DNA of 64,000 nt from NCBI GenBank assembly GCA_965248925.1, contig CBDFLE010000005.1, forward strand, positions 1,440,001 through 1,504,000. Reading direction: 5' to 3'. This document shows positions 49,038 to 59,893 of this stretch, one piece after another. A model generated the notes under the pieces. The model did not search any database. It was not told where the DNA came from and saw only the letters and a list, made by a program, of their open reading frames with translations. Position numbers and translations under genes: made by a program. Position 1 is the first letter of the stretch, and every line of letters starts with the position of its first letter. The stretch comes from Candidatus Multivoradales bacterium (GTDB lineage Bacteria > Acidobacteriota > Thermoanaerobaculia > Multivoradales > J023).

Positions 49038-49205
49038 AAATACATTCTAATATCGACCCGGGCGGGTTCCACACCGAAGGTGAGGATGGGTTATCCTTTG
49101 AGCCGACGGAAACAGCCACGGGGCAACCCCACAGACCGCCGTCAACCGATTCAATCCCGATTCCGGCGCCTTAGGCCGTCGCAGGCTCTAAAGGAGAGCA
49201 TAAGT

Positions 49206-50747
49206 ATGAGCGCAGCAAATTCTTCGTCCCATGACATCGGCCAAATCCTCGCTAGCCTCGGCATCGAGAGCGAGAACTCGGGAGCCTTCGACGGCTCCTG
49301 GCTGGAAGCCCAAGGCGAGCTTCTGACCTCCTACAACCCTGCTACCGGCGAGGCCCTGGCCAGCGTTCGTCAAGCCACCGCGGCCGACTACGAGAAGATC
49401 GCCACCACCACCCACCAGGCGTTCCTCGACTGGCGCACTTGGCCGGCACCGAAGCGGGGCGAAGTGGTGCGCCAACTGGCCATGGGCCTGCGCGAGCACA
49501 AAGATGCGTTGGGCGCCCTAGTGGCCCTGGAAATGGGCAAGATCCTCAGTGAAGGCCTGGGTGAAGTGCAGGAGATGATCGACATGGCCGATCTGGCAGT
49601 GGGCATGTCGCGCCAGCTCTACGGTCTGACAATGCACTCCGAGCGTCCCCAGCACCGCATGTACGAGCAGTGGCATCCCCTCGGCATGGTGGGCATCGTC
49701 ACCGCTTTCAACTTCCCTGTCGCGGTGTGGGCCTGGAACTCCACCGTTGCTGCAGTGTGCGGCAATTCGATGATTTGGAAGCCTTCTTCCCAGACCCCGC
49801 TGACCGCGGTGGCGGTGACCAAGATCGCCCAGCGGGTGCTCGAACGTTGCGCCGCGCCGCCGATCTTTGGCTTGGCGATTGGCGACCGGCATGCGGTGGG
49901 CGGCCCGCTGGTGGCCGACCGGCGGGTGCCGCTGATCTCGGCCACCGGCTCGACCCGCATGGGTCAGAACATCGGCCAGGTAGTCTCCGCCCGTCTCGGC
50001 CGCTCGCTGCTCGAACTCGGCGGCAACAACGGCATCATCGTCTCGGCCAAGGCCGACCTCGACCTGACCTTCCGCGCCATCCTCTTCGCCGCCGTCGGCA
50101 CCGCCGGCCAGCGCTGTACTACCACCCGCCGGCTCTTCCTCGAACGTTCGATCGCCGCCGAGATGAAAGCAAAGCTGATCGCCGCCTACAAGTCGGTGCG
50201 TATCGGCGATCCGATGGATGCCAAGACCCTGATGGGACCGTTGATCAACGGCGGCGCCGTCGACGACATGATGAAAGCCCTCGACATCGCCCGCCAGCAA
50301 GGTGGCGAAGTGCTCTGCGGCGGCCGAGCCCTCGATCGCCCCGGTCACTTCGTCGAGCCTACCCTGGTGAGTGCTGGCGAGCACCTACCGATCGCTTGTG
50401 ACGAGACCTTCGCGCCGATTCTTTATATTTTCGAGTACGACGATCTCGACGAGGTCATCGCCTTACACAACAGCGTGCCCCAAGGACTCTCCTCGTCGAT
50501 CTTCACCCTCGACATGCGCGAAGCCGAACGCTTCCTCGCTACCACCGGCAGTGACTGCGGTATCGCCAACGTCAACATCGGCACCTCCGGCGCCGAGATT
50601 GGCGGCGCCTTCGGTGGTGAGAAAGAAACCGGTGGCGGCCGCGAGGCGGGCTCGGACGCCTGGAAGATTTACATGCGGCGGCAGACCTGCACCATCAACT
50701 GGTCCACTGAGCTACCGTTGGCCCAGGGGGTGGAATTCGATCTCTAG
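49206..50747 (+). CDS. ALDH7-family aldehyde dehydrogenase (piperideine-6-carboxylate/alpha-aminoadipate semialdehyde DH-like)
   Basis: AFNFPVAVWAWN, LELGGNN, GQRCTT, ETFAPI, SGAEIGGAFGGEKETG. Confidence 0.93.
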   Translation: MSAANSSSHDIGQILASLGIESENSGAFDGSWLEAQGELLTSYNPATGEALASVRQATAADYEKIATTTHQAFLDWRTWPAPKRGEVVRQLAMGLREHKDALGALVALEMGKILSEGLGEVQEMIDMADLAVGMSRQLYGLTMHSERPQHRMYEQWHPLGMVGIVTAFNFPVAVWAWNSTVAAVCGNSMIWKPSSQTPLTAVAVTKIAQRVLERCAAPPIFGLAIGDRHAVGGPLVADRRVPLISATGSTRMGQNIGQVVSARLGRSLLELGGNNGIIVSAKADLDLTFRAILFAAVGTAGQRCTTTRRLFLERSIAAEMKAKLIAAYKSVRIGDPMDAKTLMGPLINGGAVDDMMKALDIARQQGGEVLCGGRALDRPGHFVEPTLVSAGEHLPIACDETFAPILYIFEYDDLDEVIALHNSVPQGLSSSIFTLDMREAERFLATTGSDCGIANVNIGTSGAEIGGAFGGEKETGGGREAGSDAWKIYMRRQTCTINWSTELPLAQGVEFDL

Positions 50748-50794
50748 AGATCGATAGGTTATTCGGCATGGCAAGAAACGTGAGAGGAAAGACC

Positions 50795-51544
50795 ATGAAG
50801 ATAGAGATGAAGACAGCTAGTGCCCGATCATTGTTTCTTGCCCCTCTGCTGTCGCTGTTGTTGGGACTGGGTTGCGCCACGGCGCCAGCAGCAACGGAAG
50901 GCGGAGACCCGGCCGCCGCCAGCAGCAAAACTGAGAACAGCGCAGGAAGCAATAATAGCCAGCCGCAGGCCAGCGCCGAAGTTGCATCGGCGGCTGACTG
51001 CGCTGGCGGCATGGTGCCCGACGATGGCAGCGCCGAGACCGGATATAGCTTCGTACCGAGCGCCAAATGGGGCATCTACGTCCAGCGCATCCACACTCTG
51101 GATTTATCCTCGCGCGAACTAGATCAGGTCTGCGTCTGCTGGCTGCGCACTCGGGACGATGGCGAGATCGACTTCGAAGTAGTTTTCTTCGCCGCCAACC
51201 CACAGGGCCGTCCAGTGGCCGAGCCCTACGCCACCGTCGCCGCCCACGCCGCTGAGGTGCCCAAGGGTAAAGAAAACGCTGGCCGCCTGTGGTCGGTCGA
51301 CGTCTCCGGGATCACCGTGCCCGAAGGCATGTCCTTCGTCGGTGTGCGCTGGGATCCGGGGGCCGACTCCTTCTTCTTCGTCTGCGCCGACCACAGCGAC
51401 GGTGACTCGATACATCAGGTTTACTATCAGGACGATCGCTCGAAGGGCTCGTGGCAAGATGCACTTAATACTCGCGACCCAATCTTCCGCGACCATCGAG
51501 CAATTCTGGTGCGGACTTTGGCCAAGGAGGAGGCCGCGCCTTGA
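50795..51544 (+). CDS. Hypothetical lipoprotein
   Basis: Lipobox LGLGC, low-complexity linker, DDGSAETG domain with Cys residues. Confidence 0.75.
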   Translation: MKIEMKTASARSLFLAPLLSLLLGLGCATAPAATEGGDPAAASSKTENSAGSNNSQPQASAEVASAADCAGGMVPDDGSAETGYSFVPSAKWGIYVQRIHTLDLSSRELDQVCVCWLRTRDDGEIDFEVVFFAANPQGRPVAEPYATVAAHAAEVPKGKENAGRLWSVDVSGITVPEGMSFVGVRWDPGADSFFFVCADHSDGDSIHQVYYQDDRSKGSWQDALNTRDPIFRDHRAILVRTLAKEEAAP

Positions 51545-54500
51545 AGGTAGTACGACTTAGTCTCCTTGCCCTGCTTCTCTGCTGGCCTTTGCAGGGCGCG
51601 GTCGAGGTTTGGCCGCTGCGAAAGGTCGACAGCCAACCGCTGGCCCTCGACTCGCAACTCCTCTTTGGAGCTGAGCCCGACCTGCTGTGGATTCTCGACC
51701 GTGAGGCAGCCGAGGTAGCGGTCTACCGCATCGCCGCGCTGGCCACGGCCTCTACTCTCGGACCGGACAGCCCGCCTCGCCAGCCCCCCTTCCCCCGCCT
51801 CCTTGGTAGTTGGCCCCTGCCTGACCAGGTCCAAGTGAGCACCGGCAAGGAATCTACTCCTGCCAACACCTATGTGCTGGCACCGCTCGATCGGCACGAG
51901 ACTTGGCTGATCAACATTACCGAGAGTTTGCTCTGGCGGCTTGATCGAGGCACCTGGCACGGCCCCTGGCAAAGCTCCGAATCGTTGACTGCCAAAACCG
52001 TTGCAGCCCTTGCTCCCGGCCAGCTCGCCATACAAAACACTGGCGCGGGAGGCGGTATTTCGGTGATCGACAAGCACGGCCGGGTTCCCCGCCGCTTTGC
52101 CCAAGAGATGCCCTCGACACCTCCCAGGTCCATCGCCCTAAGTCTCAAACGAAATGACTGGCTGCTGGCCAAGGGAGCGGATGGCAGCCTGCTGGTGGCC
52201 GAGGCTTGCGGGGCATGGTTGCGCCGCTTTGAGCCGGACGGCCGACTGCGCTGGCAGCGACAACTGGACGGTCCGCCAGCAGACCGGATCTTTCGCCGCG
52301 CGGCTGACGGCCAGTTGGTTCCCCGCCACGACCCGCTGTGCGAAGACGGGCCATTGATCACTCACCTACAAGCCTTCGGTGAGGGTCTGGCCTTGCGTTT
52401 TCGCGCTGAACCGAATCTGGAGCGCCTGGACCCCGCTGGCTATTGGCTGGAGAGCCTACCTCTCAGTGATGACGCGGAAGACGTTGCAGCCAAGCAGCTC
52501 TGGGACAGCGACAGCCAGGTTTTCTTTCTGCACCAAGGCACAGTGAAGCGCTTCTTCCGCGGCCGCCGCCCGCTTCAAGGTCGGGTCTTGGCCGCGGGTG
52601 GCGGGCGGGCTGAGGGGGCTCTCGTGCTCCCCCCACTTGGCGAATTGCCGCCGATGAAAACGGACAAATACGGCAGCTTCCAGCTCTTAGGGCTGGAACC
52701 CACCGAGACCACCCATCTCAGAACTGTGGCAGGTGGATTCGAGCAACGCCGCCTGGTCGGTGTGCCTTTGGACTTGCTCTCTCGGGTGATCTTCCTACAA
52801 CCAGCGCCAGAGCAGTGCGTTTGGGTTTACAACCGGTATTCCAGCGAACCCATCGCCCATTTTGAGATCTCCGTGCAGCCGGAGACCGAACGGGCTGGCA
52901 ATGCGACTTGGTCCCACCGGCAGACTCAAACCTTCGACAGCAAAGACGGTCGTGGGTGTCTGCGCCCTCCCTTCCCTCTGCCCTGGCAGCTGCGAGTGAG
53001 TGCTCAAGGATACGCTGCTCGGCAGCTTGCACTCACCGAGAGAGGAGATCTCGAAGTGGACCTGGAGCCGGAAGCCAGACTTGAGGTGCGGGTTGTCAGC
53101 AGCGAAGAACCGATCGCGAGCTGCCGAGTCTCCGCAACCCTGACCGACGCCGGCTTCGAGACCTCGGAACTCTTAGAGGTCCACCAAGAGGTAGTGACGA
53201 ATACGGTTGGGATCGCCCAACTTGAGAGCCTCGAAGCAGGCAGATATCAAGTCGAAGCTCGCCAATTGGGTTTCGAGCCCTGGCGCAAGAGGATTGAGTT
53301 GAGCCCTGGCGACAACCAGTTGACCGTCGATCTCATGCCTGGCGGAACGGTGGTGGTCAACGTGAGATCTAGCTCAGGGCAACCAATCTCTGAGGCTCGA
53401 GTGCGGTCAATTCCGCTAGCCCACGAAGTCCCCGGCCGGCACCGCTGCATCACTGATTCCGTGGGTCAATGCTACATCAACGGTCTACCATCCGGGGGTT
53501 TCCGCGCCGAGGCCGATGCGGATGGATTTGCTGCCGGGTTCGAAACTTTCTCCATCAGCCCCGGCGCATCAGAGCCGATGGTGGTCGAGGTCGTGCTGGA
53601 GAACTCTGTGCGGCTGGTTGGCAAGATCTTAGGGGTAGAGAATTACCCTGGCACGCCCTTGCGGTTGTCGGCGGCCGCGCCAGGGGTGCCACTCGAAACC
53701 GCGACGGTAGATGCGGCCGGCGACTTCACTTTCGCCAGCCTGCCCGTGGGACCCGTGCGGCTGCATGTTCTCCAGACCGAGAGTGGCGGCCTGCTGGTCG
53801 AGAGGATCGAGCTGCCCTTTGGCGTCGAGGAGCATCGGGTAACCCTGGAGCTGCCTTGGCCGAACCAGGTCACCGGCTGGATCACCGACTCGGGCAACGC
53901 CTGTACCGGCTGCATGCTGATCTTTGAGCAGCTGGGCGGGCAGCAGAGCTTGGCGAAACGCCGTGCCAGCACCGGCTCAGAAGGCTACTACTCTCTCGAC
54001 TTACCGGCGACCGGGCTCTTCCGGGTGACGGTCAGTAACCCGGCAAGCGGCGGCCAGCTGGTCGAAGTGCGCCAGGTGACGAGTGGGGCGCAACTGGATT
54101 TCGACTTGGCCGGGGCCAGTCTCTCGGGGGTCGTGCGCCACGCCGACGGCAACCCGGCGGCCGGAGCGAAAGTGCGCATCGATCTGCTGACCCACGAACT
54201 CGGGGCGGTACAGGGCCGGCAGACGGCCACGGATTCCTTTGGCAGGTTTGCGATCAGCGGTCTGACGGCGGGCCGGATCGCGGTCAGCGCCTCTCTGCGC
54301 CATAGCCTGGCTGCGGACCAGCTGGCTCTCTCGGCCGGCGAGCAGGCATACCTGGAGCTGCGACTACCCACTTCTCCAGGACTCACTCTGCGAGTCTTTG
54401 ACGGCGAGTCAGGGCAGACGATCGAGCGCATCGCGGTGCGTGCCTGGAGCAGCGATGGCGGGGTGTTCTTGAATTCCTCCCTCGCCGCCGACAGTGAGGG

Positions 54501-54882
54501 CCTGCATCACCTGCCAGCGCCGGGTGACGGAGAGATCCAAGCCGTCGTCGAGGCCCGCGGCTTCACCCGCCGCCAGTTGGCCATCTCGGCCGACCTACAG
54601 CAGCCCATCGAGCTGCCGTTGGACCGGCGCTACCGTAATCTGCAAGTCCAGATTTCCGCAAAGTCGCCGCAGCCGTGCTGGTTCGAACTCAGCGCCAACG
54701 GCCTGCCGGTGGCCTTGGCCGTCAACCTTCCGCCGGGCAGGGTGCCCCTGCGCCAGCGCTCGGCCAACTACTCTCTCCTCGAAGGCGGGGTCTACTCCGC
54801 ACGGCTGGAGTTTTGCGACGGGCAAGTCGCGGCGCAGCAGGTTGTGATCGCGGCAGGCGGCAACAACGTGGTCCGTTTCTGA
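51541..54882 (+). CDS. Secreted protein with beta-propeller-like N-terminus and repeated carboxypeptidase-regulatory-like domains
   Basis: Signal peptide; repeated G.V.....G.P..GA.V...TD..G.F...GL..G patterns. Confidence 0.8.
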   Translation: MKVVRLSLLALLLCWPLQGAVEVWPLRKVDSQPLALDSQLLFGAEPDLLWILDREAAEVAVYRIAALATASTLGPDSPPRQPPFPRLLGSWPLPDQVQVSTGKESTPANTYVLAPLDRHETWLINITESLLWRLDRGTWHGPWQSSESLTAKTVAALAPGQLAIQNTGAGGGISVIDKHGRVPRRFAQEMPSTPPRSIALSLKRNDWLLAKGADGSLLVAEACGAWLRRFEPDGRLRWQRQLDGPPADRIFRRAADGQLVPRHDPLCEDGPLITHLQAFGEGLALRFRAEPNLERLDPAGYWLESLPLSDDAEDVAAKQLWDSDSQVFFLHQGTVKRFFRGRRPLQGRVLAAGGGRAEGALVLPPLGELPPMKTDKYGSFQLLGLEPTETTHLRTVAGGFEQRRLVGVPLDLLSRVIFLQPAPEQCVWVYNRYSSEPIAHFEISVQPETERAGNATWSHRQTQTFDSKDGRGCLRPPFPLPWQLRVSAQGYAARQLALTERGDLEVDLEPEARLEVRVVSSEEPIASCRVSATLTDAGFETSELLEVHQEVVTNTVGIAQLESLEAGRYQVEARQLGFEPWRKRIELSPGDNQLTVDLMPGGTVVVNVRSSSGQPISEARVRSIPLAHEVPGRHRCITDSVGQCYINGLPSGGFRAEADADGFAAGFETFSISPGASEPMVVEVVLENSVRLVGKILGVENYPGTPLRLSAAAPGVPLETATVDAAGDFTFASLPVGPVRLHVLQTESGGLLVERIELPFGVEEHRVTLELPWPNQVTGWITDSGNACTGCMLIFEQLGGQQSLAKRRASTGSEGYYSLDLPATGLFRVTVSNPASGGQLVEVRQVTSGAQLDFDLAGASLSGVVRHADGNPAAGAKVRIDLLTHELGAVQGRQTATDSFGRFAISGLTAGRIAVSASLRHSLAADQLALSAGEQAYLELRLPTSPGLTLRVFDGESGQTIERIAVRAWSSDGGVFLNSSLAADSEGLHHLPAPGDGEIQAVVEARGFTRRQLAISADLQQPIELPLDRRYRNLQVQISAKSPQPCWFELSANGLPVALAVNLPPGRVPLRQRSANYSLLEGGVYSARLEFCDGQVAAQQVVIAAGGNNVVRF

Positions 54883-54888
54883 GCCGGC

Positions 54889-56271
54889 TCAGGTCTGCCG
54901 CGCGGCAACCAGTAGCCGCGCGGCCAGGCGCCGACTGACTTTGCCGGCAGCGGTCTGGGGCAGCTCGGCAACCCACTGGATCCGCCGTGGCTGCTTGAAC
55001 GCGGCCAGGCGGTGGCGCAGATGCTGGCGCAGCTGCTCTTCGGCTAGCGGGTCGGCATTGGCCACCAGCAGAGCCTCTACTCGCTGCCCCCATTCGCTGT
55101 CGTCGACGCCACAGACCACCGCCGCCGCGATGCCGGGGTGCTCCAGCAAAGCTGCTTCAATTTCCTCGGGGTGGATGTTCTCACCGCCGCTAATGATGAC
55201 ATCGTCCAAACGACCCAGGACGTGCAAGCCGCCATTCGAGTCGAGGCGGCCTGCGTCGGCGGTGATCAGCCAGCCGTCGTCAGAAAATGGCCGCGCGCCG
55301 CTGGGGAAGTAAGCGGTCATCAGGCTGTCGCCGCGGACCTCGATGCGGTTGCACGGCCCCAGGCGCAGCTCGGTACCGGCCAGCGGTGGACCACAGCCTC
55401 CGGTCTCACTCAGAGGTTCGCTGAGACGCTCTGTCGCCACCTGCGAACAGGTCTCGGTAGAGCCGTAAGTCGCCAATACAGGCCAGCCCACTTGGCGCGC
55501 CTCGGCCATCAGCGAAGCCGGCGCGGCGGCGCCACCCACCAGTACTGCGCGCAGGCTTGGGGCCGGTACCAGCGCAGGCCGCTGGCGCAGCAGTCGGTAG
55601 AGCATCGTCGGCACTAGCGAGGCCAAGGTGATCCCCTGGCGGACTAGACTCGCGGCGAAGGTGGCCGGCTCGAAGGATCCCGGCTGAGCTAGCACGACCG
55701 TCCGGCGAGCAATCAGACAGCGGGTCAGAACCGACAAACCGCCGACGTGGGCCAAAGGCAAAGCGAGCAGCCAACGGTCCTGGTCTTGCCAGCCCAGATT
55801 GGCGGCGCTGGCGGCTGCGGCGGCGACAAAAGCTCGGCGGCTGAGTTCCACCCCCCGTGGCCGGCCACTGCTCCCTGAGGTGTAGACCACCGCCAGGCAG
55901 GCTTCCCTTTCCGGGTCCGACGGCGCTGCCAGAGTCTCGCCCAAGAGCGGCTGCTCCGCACTTTCGATCAGCAGGCTCGGCTTGCCTTCTTGCACCGCCC
56001 GTCGACGCTCAGCGGCGCTCCAGCGAGGATGGAGCAAGAGCACCGGCGCAGCGAGTTCGAAGAGGGCGAAAAGCTGCACCACAGTCGCCAAGTTGAGGTG
56101 GCCAACTAACGCAACCCGAGGCTTCTCCACCCCCGCCAGGCGGCTGGCCAACTGCCGAGCCGCCGCGCTGACCCACGGTCGCAACTGGTCGAAGGTGTAG
56201 CCTTGCTTACCATCGACCACCGCAATCCGCCGTGGAAATTCCTCGGCAGCGGCCAGCAGCGACAGGTTCAT
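54889..56271 (-). CDS. menE: o-succinylbenzoate-CoA ligase
   Basis: [31 protein letters not shown]; men operon context. Confidence 0.9.
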   Translation of the reverse strand: MNLSLLAAAEEFPRRIAVVDGKQGYTFDQLRPWVSAAARQLASRLAGVEKPRVALVGHLNLATVVQLFALFELAAPVLLLHPRWSAAERRRAVQEGKPSLLIESAEQPLLGETLAAPSDPEREACLAVVYTSGSSGRPRGVELSRRAFVAAAAASAANLGWQDQDRWLLALPLAHVGGLSVLTRCLIARRTVVLAQPGSFEPATFAASLVRQGITLASLVPTMLYRLLRQRPALVPAPSLRAVLVGGAAAPASLMAEARQVGWPVLATYGSTETCSQVATERLSEPLSETGGCGPPLAGTELRLGPCNRIEVRGDSLMTAYFPSGARPFSDDGWLITADAGRLDSNGGLHVLGRLDDVIISGGENIHPEEIEAALLEHPGIAAAVVCGVDDSEWGQRVEALLVANADPLAEEQLRQHLRHRLAAFKQPRRIQWVAELPQTAAGKVSRRLAARLLVAARQT

Positions 56272-57341
56272 GGCGGCTCCTTCGGCGGCTCCAAGCCGAG
56301 ACCGAAACCGGTTGCCGAACGCTCGAATGCCGGCCAAACGCCCAACCCCGGATGTACATCGAGCCCACAAGCCAGCCGCGGCGATGGTAAAGCCTGGGCC
56401 AAAGCGCCGGCCGCCGCCAGCGCCACCGGGCCGTCAAAGAGATGGGTCACCAGCACTCCCACTCCTCGCTCAGTCGCCTGGTGAGCCAGATCCAAGCATT
56501 TCAACGAACCACCCAGGGCCATCGGCTTGAGCACGATGGCGCGCAGCAAGGCGCGGTCGATCAAAGGCTGCAATTCCTGCCAGCCGCGCGGGCGTTGCAG
56601 GGTCTCGTCGGCAGCCAGCGGGATCGGTGAACGCTCGATCGCCGCTAGCGCCAGCCCGCTCAGCGGTTCCTCGATCAGCTGTGGTGAGCACCGCGCCAAC
56701 TGCTCCAGGCAGCGATCGATATCGTTCGCTGCCAGTTGGCCGTTGGCATCGAGTCGCAGGGCAAGATCGTTACCGAATTCGGTTCGCAAGAGAGCCAGAA
56801 TCTCCAGCTCTTGCTCGAAGCGGCCGGCGCGGCCGACTTTGACCTTCAGCGTGCGTGCTCCGCGGGCCAACGTCGCACGAGCTTCGCTCAACGCCGCCTC
56901 GGGCTCGGTCGCCATCACGAGGCCGGCCAGCGGTGGCGGCGCAGACTCCGGCCCCGCACCGAGTAACCCAGCAAGAGGCTGCCGAAGTCTTTGACCCAGC
57001 AGATCGAGCACAGCGGTTTCGACCGCGAAACGAGCAGCCGGCGCCAGCGGCGGCAGACCTCCTAGCCAGCTTTCGACATCCTCTAGCGATCGACCTGCCA
57101 GGCGCAGCGGCAACCGGCGTAAGCACTGTCCGAGAACCTCGCCGGTCTCCTCTAAGGTGTCGGGAGAGTATCCAGGCAAGGGAGAGGCTTCTCCCAAGCC
57201 GATCGCACCGCTTTCATCGACCAAGCGCAGCAACCAGCCACCACGCTCGGGCCATCTGTGCCGTGCATTGCCCGCACTGGACGCCAACCGACCCCCGTGC
57301 AGATCCAGCCGTCCATCGACGATGCGCGGCGCACGCTCCAT
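56268..57341 (-). CDS. menC: o-succinylbenzoate synthase
   Basis: GEASPLPG, KVKVG, RLDAN, IEEP, ADE, KPMALG. Confidence 0.9.
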   Translation of the reverse strand: MERAPRIVDGRLDLHGGRLASSAGNARHRWPERGGWLLRLVDESGAIGLGEASPLPGYSPDTLEETGEVLGQCLRRLPLRLAGRSLEDVESWLGGLPPLAPAARFAVETAVLDLLGQRLRQPLAGLLGAGPESAPPPLAGLVMATEPEAALSEARATLARGARTLKVKVGRAGRFEQELEILALLRTEFGNDLALRLDANGQLAANDIDRCLEQLARCSPQLIEEPLSGLALAAIERSPIPLAADETLQRPRGWQELQPLIDRALLRAIVLKPMALGGSLKCLDLAHQATERGVGVLVTHLFDGPVALAAAGALAQALPSPRLACGLDVHPGLGVWPAFERSATGFGLGLEPPKEPP

Positions 57342-57342
57342 C

Positions 57343-58260
57343 TCAACCAGCCAGCACCAAGCCGATGGCCAACAAGCCGGCGAATTGCACCATTAACCTC
57401 GCTGTCGACGCCAGCACCGGATTGAGCGCCTTCCCCTCGGCGCGCACCGCCCGCAGCAGCTGTCCGGCCAACGGTAAGCTCAGCCAGGGCAGCAAGATCC
57501 ACGGCCCCCGCCCCTCGATCAGCAAGCACAGCGGCACCAAATAGGCGGTCGCCAACAACCCCAGGTACTCGAATTCGGCGCCCCGGCGACCCCAACGCAC
57601 CGCCAGGGTGCGCTTGCCGACCGCAGCGTCGGTGTGGCGGTCGCGCAGGTTGTTGACCACCAAGATGGCGGTGGCCAGCGAACCCATCGCCAGCCCTCCC
57701 CAAAGGGCCAGCGCCGGCACCCGACCAAGATTGAGAAAGGTGGTGCCAGCGACCGCGATGAAGCCGAAGAAGATCATCACGAAGATATCGCCCAGGCCGT
57801 GGTAACCCAGCGGCCAGGGGCCACCGGTGTAGGCCATGGCGGCCAGGATCGAAACCACGCCGATGGCGATGATCGGCCAGCCAGTGGCCCAGGCCAGGTA
57901 AGCCCCGGTCAGCGTCGCCAGGACAAAAGCCATCACCATCCCGAGGCGCGCCTGGCGGGAACTCAGCAAGCCGGCCTGCACTGCGCGCAAGGGTCCGAGC
58001 CGGTCGCTGGTATCCGCCCCCTTCTCAAAATCGAAGACATCGTTGGCGAAGTTGGCGCCGATCTGCAAGAAAATTGAGCCCAACATGGCCGCCATCGTTG
58101 GCCCGAGGCGAAAACCACCGAGGGACTGGGCCGCCGCCGCCCCCACCACCACCGGCGCCACCGCCGCCCACAGCGTGGCGGGCCGGCAAGCCAGCAGCCA
58201 GGCAGCCGGCGAACCCGGTCTGATGGTGGGTGGCTCGGTGGCAGACGCTGGCGAAGTCAT
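57343..58260 (-). CDS. menA: 1,4-dihydroxy-2-naphthoate prenyltransferase
   Basis: [19 protein letters not shown]...D...GKRTLAV. Confidence 0.94.
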   Translation of the reverse strand: MTSPASATEPPTIRPGSPAAWLLACRPATLWAAVAPVVVGAAAAQSLGGFRLGPTMAAMLGSIFLQIGANFANDVFDFEKGADTSDRLGPLRAVQAGLLSSRQARLGMVMAFVLATLTGAYLAWATGWPIIAIGVVSILAAMAYTGGPWPLGYHGLGDIFVMIFFGFIAVAGTTFLNLGRVPALALWGGLAMGSLATAILVVNNLRDRHTDAAVGKRTLAVRWGRRGAEFEYLGLLATAYLVPLCLLIEGRGPWILLPWLSLPLAGQLLRAVRAEGKALNPVLASTARLMVQFAGLLAIGLVLAG

Positions 58261-59129
58261 GGAAAGCGCTGAAACTTGGCAAAGTTTGGCGGTCGCTTCT
58301 CTAAGAAAGCATTCTTGCCTTCCTGGCCTTCAGCGGTTTGGTAGAACAGCAAAGTCGCGCTGCCAGCCAACTCCTGCAAGCCGGCCTGGCCATCACAATC
58401 GGCATTCAAGGCGGCCTTCAAGAAACGCAGCGCGGTAGGGCTGTGACATAAGATTTCGCGGCACCATTGCAAGGTCTCGCTCTCGAGTTCGGCCAGCTCG
58501 ACCACGGCGTTGACCAACCCCCAGTCCAGCGCCGTCACGGCATTATAAAGTCGGCATAGGAACCACACCTCGCGAGCTCGTTTCTGACCGATGATCCGCG
58601 CCATGTAGGCCGAGCCATAGCCGCCATCGAAGCTGCCCACCCTGGGACCGGTCTGACCGAATTGAGCATTGTCGGCGGCGATGGTCAGATCGCACATCAT
58701 ATGCAGAATTTGACCGCCACCAACGGCATAGCCCGCCACCATGGCGATCACCGGCTTCGGCAGGGTGCGAATCTGGCGCTGCACATCAAGAATATTTAAC
58801 CGCGGGATACCGTCACCACCGACATAGCCGCCAGCGCCGCGAACCTTCTGATCGCCGCCGGCGCAAAATGCATCGGGCCCCTCGCCAGTGAGGATAATCA
58901 CTCCGACCTCGGCATCGTCGCGGGCCAGGTCGAAAGCGGTTTTCAACGAGGTCACGGTTTCGGGACGAAAGGCGTTGCGCACCCGCGGCCGATCGATGGT
59001 GATCTTGACGATCGCCTCGGGGGAGCCGTCGGCATTGATCGCCCGTTCGTAGCGTAGGTCTTCGAGTTCGGCGACCGGCTGCCAGGTAACAGCTGCCCGC
59101 AAGTCTTGGTTGGGTTCTAGGTCTGGCAT
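58257..59129 (-). CDS. menB: 1,4-dihydroxy-2-naphthoyl-CoA synthase
   Basis: [32 protein letters not shown]. Confidence 0.97.
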   Translation of the reverse strand: MPDLEPNQDLRAAVTWQPVAELEDLRYERAINADGSPEAIVKITIDRPRVRNAFRPETVTSLKTAFDLARDDAEVGVIILTGEGPDAFCAGGDQKVRGAGGYVGGDGIPRLNILDVQRQIRTLPKPVIAMVAGYAVGGGQILHMMCDLTIAADNAQFGQTGPRVGSFDGGYGSAYMARIIGQKRAREVWFLCRLYNAVTALDWGLVNAVVELAELESETLQWCREILCHSPTALRFLKAALNADCDGQAGLQELAGSATLLFYQTAEGQEGKNAFLEKRPPNFAKFQRFP

Positions 59130-59893
59130 TTCAGCAACTCCTCGACGATCGCCGCGGCCACCCGCGACGGTTGTTCCAGGATCAAGTTGTGCCCCGCCGC
59201 GGGCACCATTTGGTAGGTCCCCCGCAACAGGCTCGGCAACATCTCACTCGCCACACGGCGAAACTTCGTATCTCGTTCACCGACCATCAATCGTATCGGC
59301 AGTCGTAGCTCAGCCAGCCGATTGACAAAGCTGGGCATCGATCCCAGGCCGAGCTGCCGCAGCGCCACAGCCAGGCCGGCGGCACTGTGCCGCTGCCGCC
59401 ACCGGCGTTGGCTGGCCAGCGCTGGCGCCTTCACCGTCGCCTGGCTGGCGAATAGTGGCAGGGCTTGCCAATAATCGAGAAAAGCCGGCAAGCCCTGCTG
59501 CTCTAATCTGGCCACCAAGAGCCGCTCAGCTCGCTCCCTCTGCTCGCGCTCAGCCGGGTCAGTGAGGCCAGGATGCACCCCGATCAACAACACGCCAGCC
59601 AGCGACCGGGGGCGTTCGAGGGCCAACCCCAAAGCGAGCCTCGCGCCCAGCGAATAACCCACCAGATAGGCTTTTTCTCGTCCGCCACGCCGACGATCGA
59701 TCCAATCCGCCAAGCGACTGACCTCGGCCTCGAAACCACCCCCGCTGCTAGCACCCTCATCGCCAGGTCCACCAGCATGACCGAGCAGCTCCGGGCAGTG
59801 CATTTCCACCCCCGCTGGCAGCCGCGCCGAAACCTCGTCCCAAGCTGCCGCCGCGCCGGTAAAACCGTGCAGACCTACCACCGTGGCGGCCAT
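59117..59893 (-). CDS. menH: SHCHC synthase (alpha/beta hydrolase)
   Basis: LHGFTG, GYSLGAR, GERDTKF, AGHN. Confidence 0.88.
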   Translation of the reverse strand: MAATVVGLHGFTGAAAAWDEVSARLPAGVEMHCPELLGHAGGPGDEGASSGGGFEAEVSRLADWIDRRRGGREKAYLVGYSLGARLALGLALERPRSLAGVLLIGVHPGLTDPAEREQRERAERLLVARLEQQGLPAFLDYWQALPLFASQATVKAPALASQRRWRQRHSAAGLAVALRQLGLGSMPSFVNRLAELRLPIRLMVGERDTKFRRVASEMLPSLLRGTYQMVPAAGHNLILEQPSRVAAAIVEELLKCQT

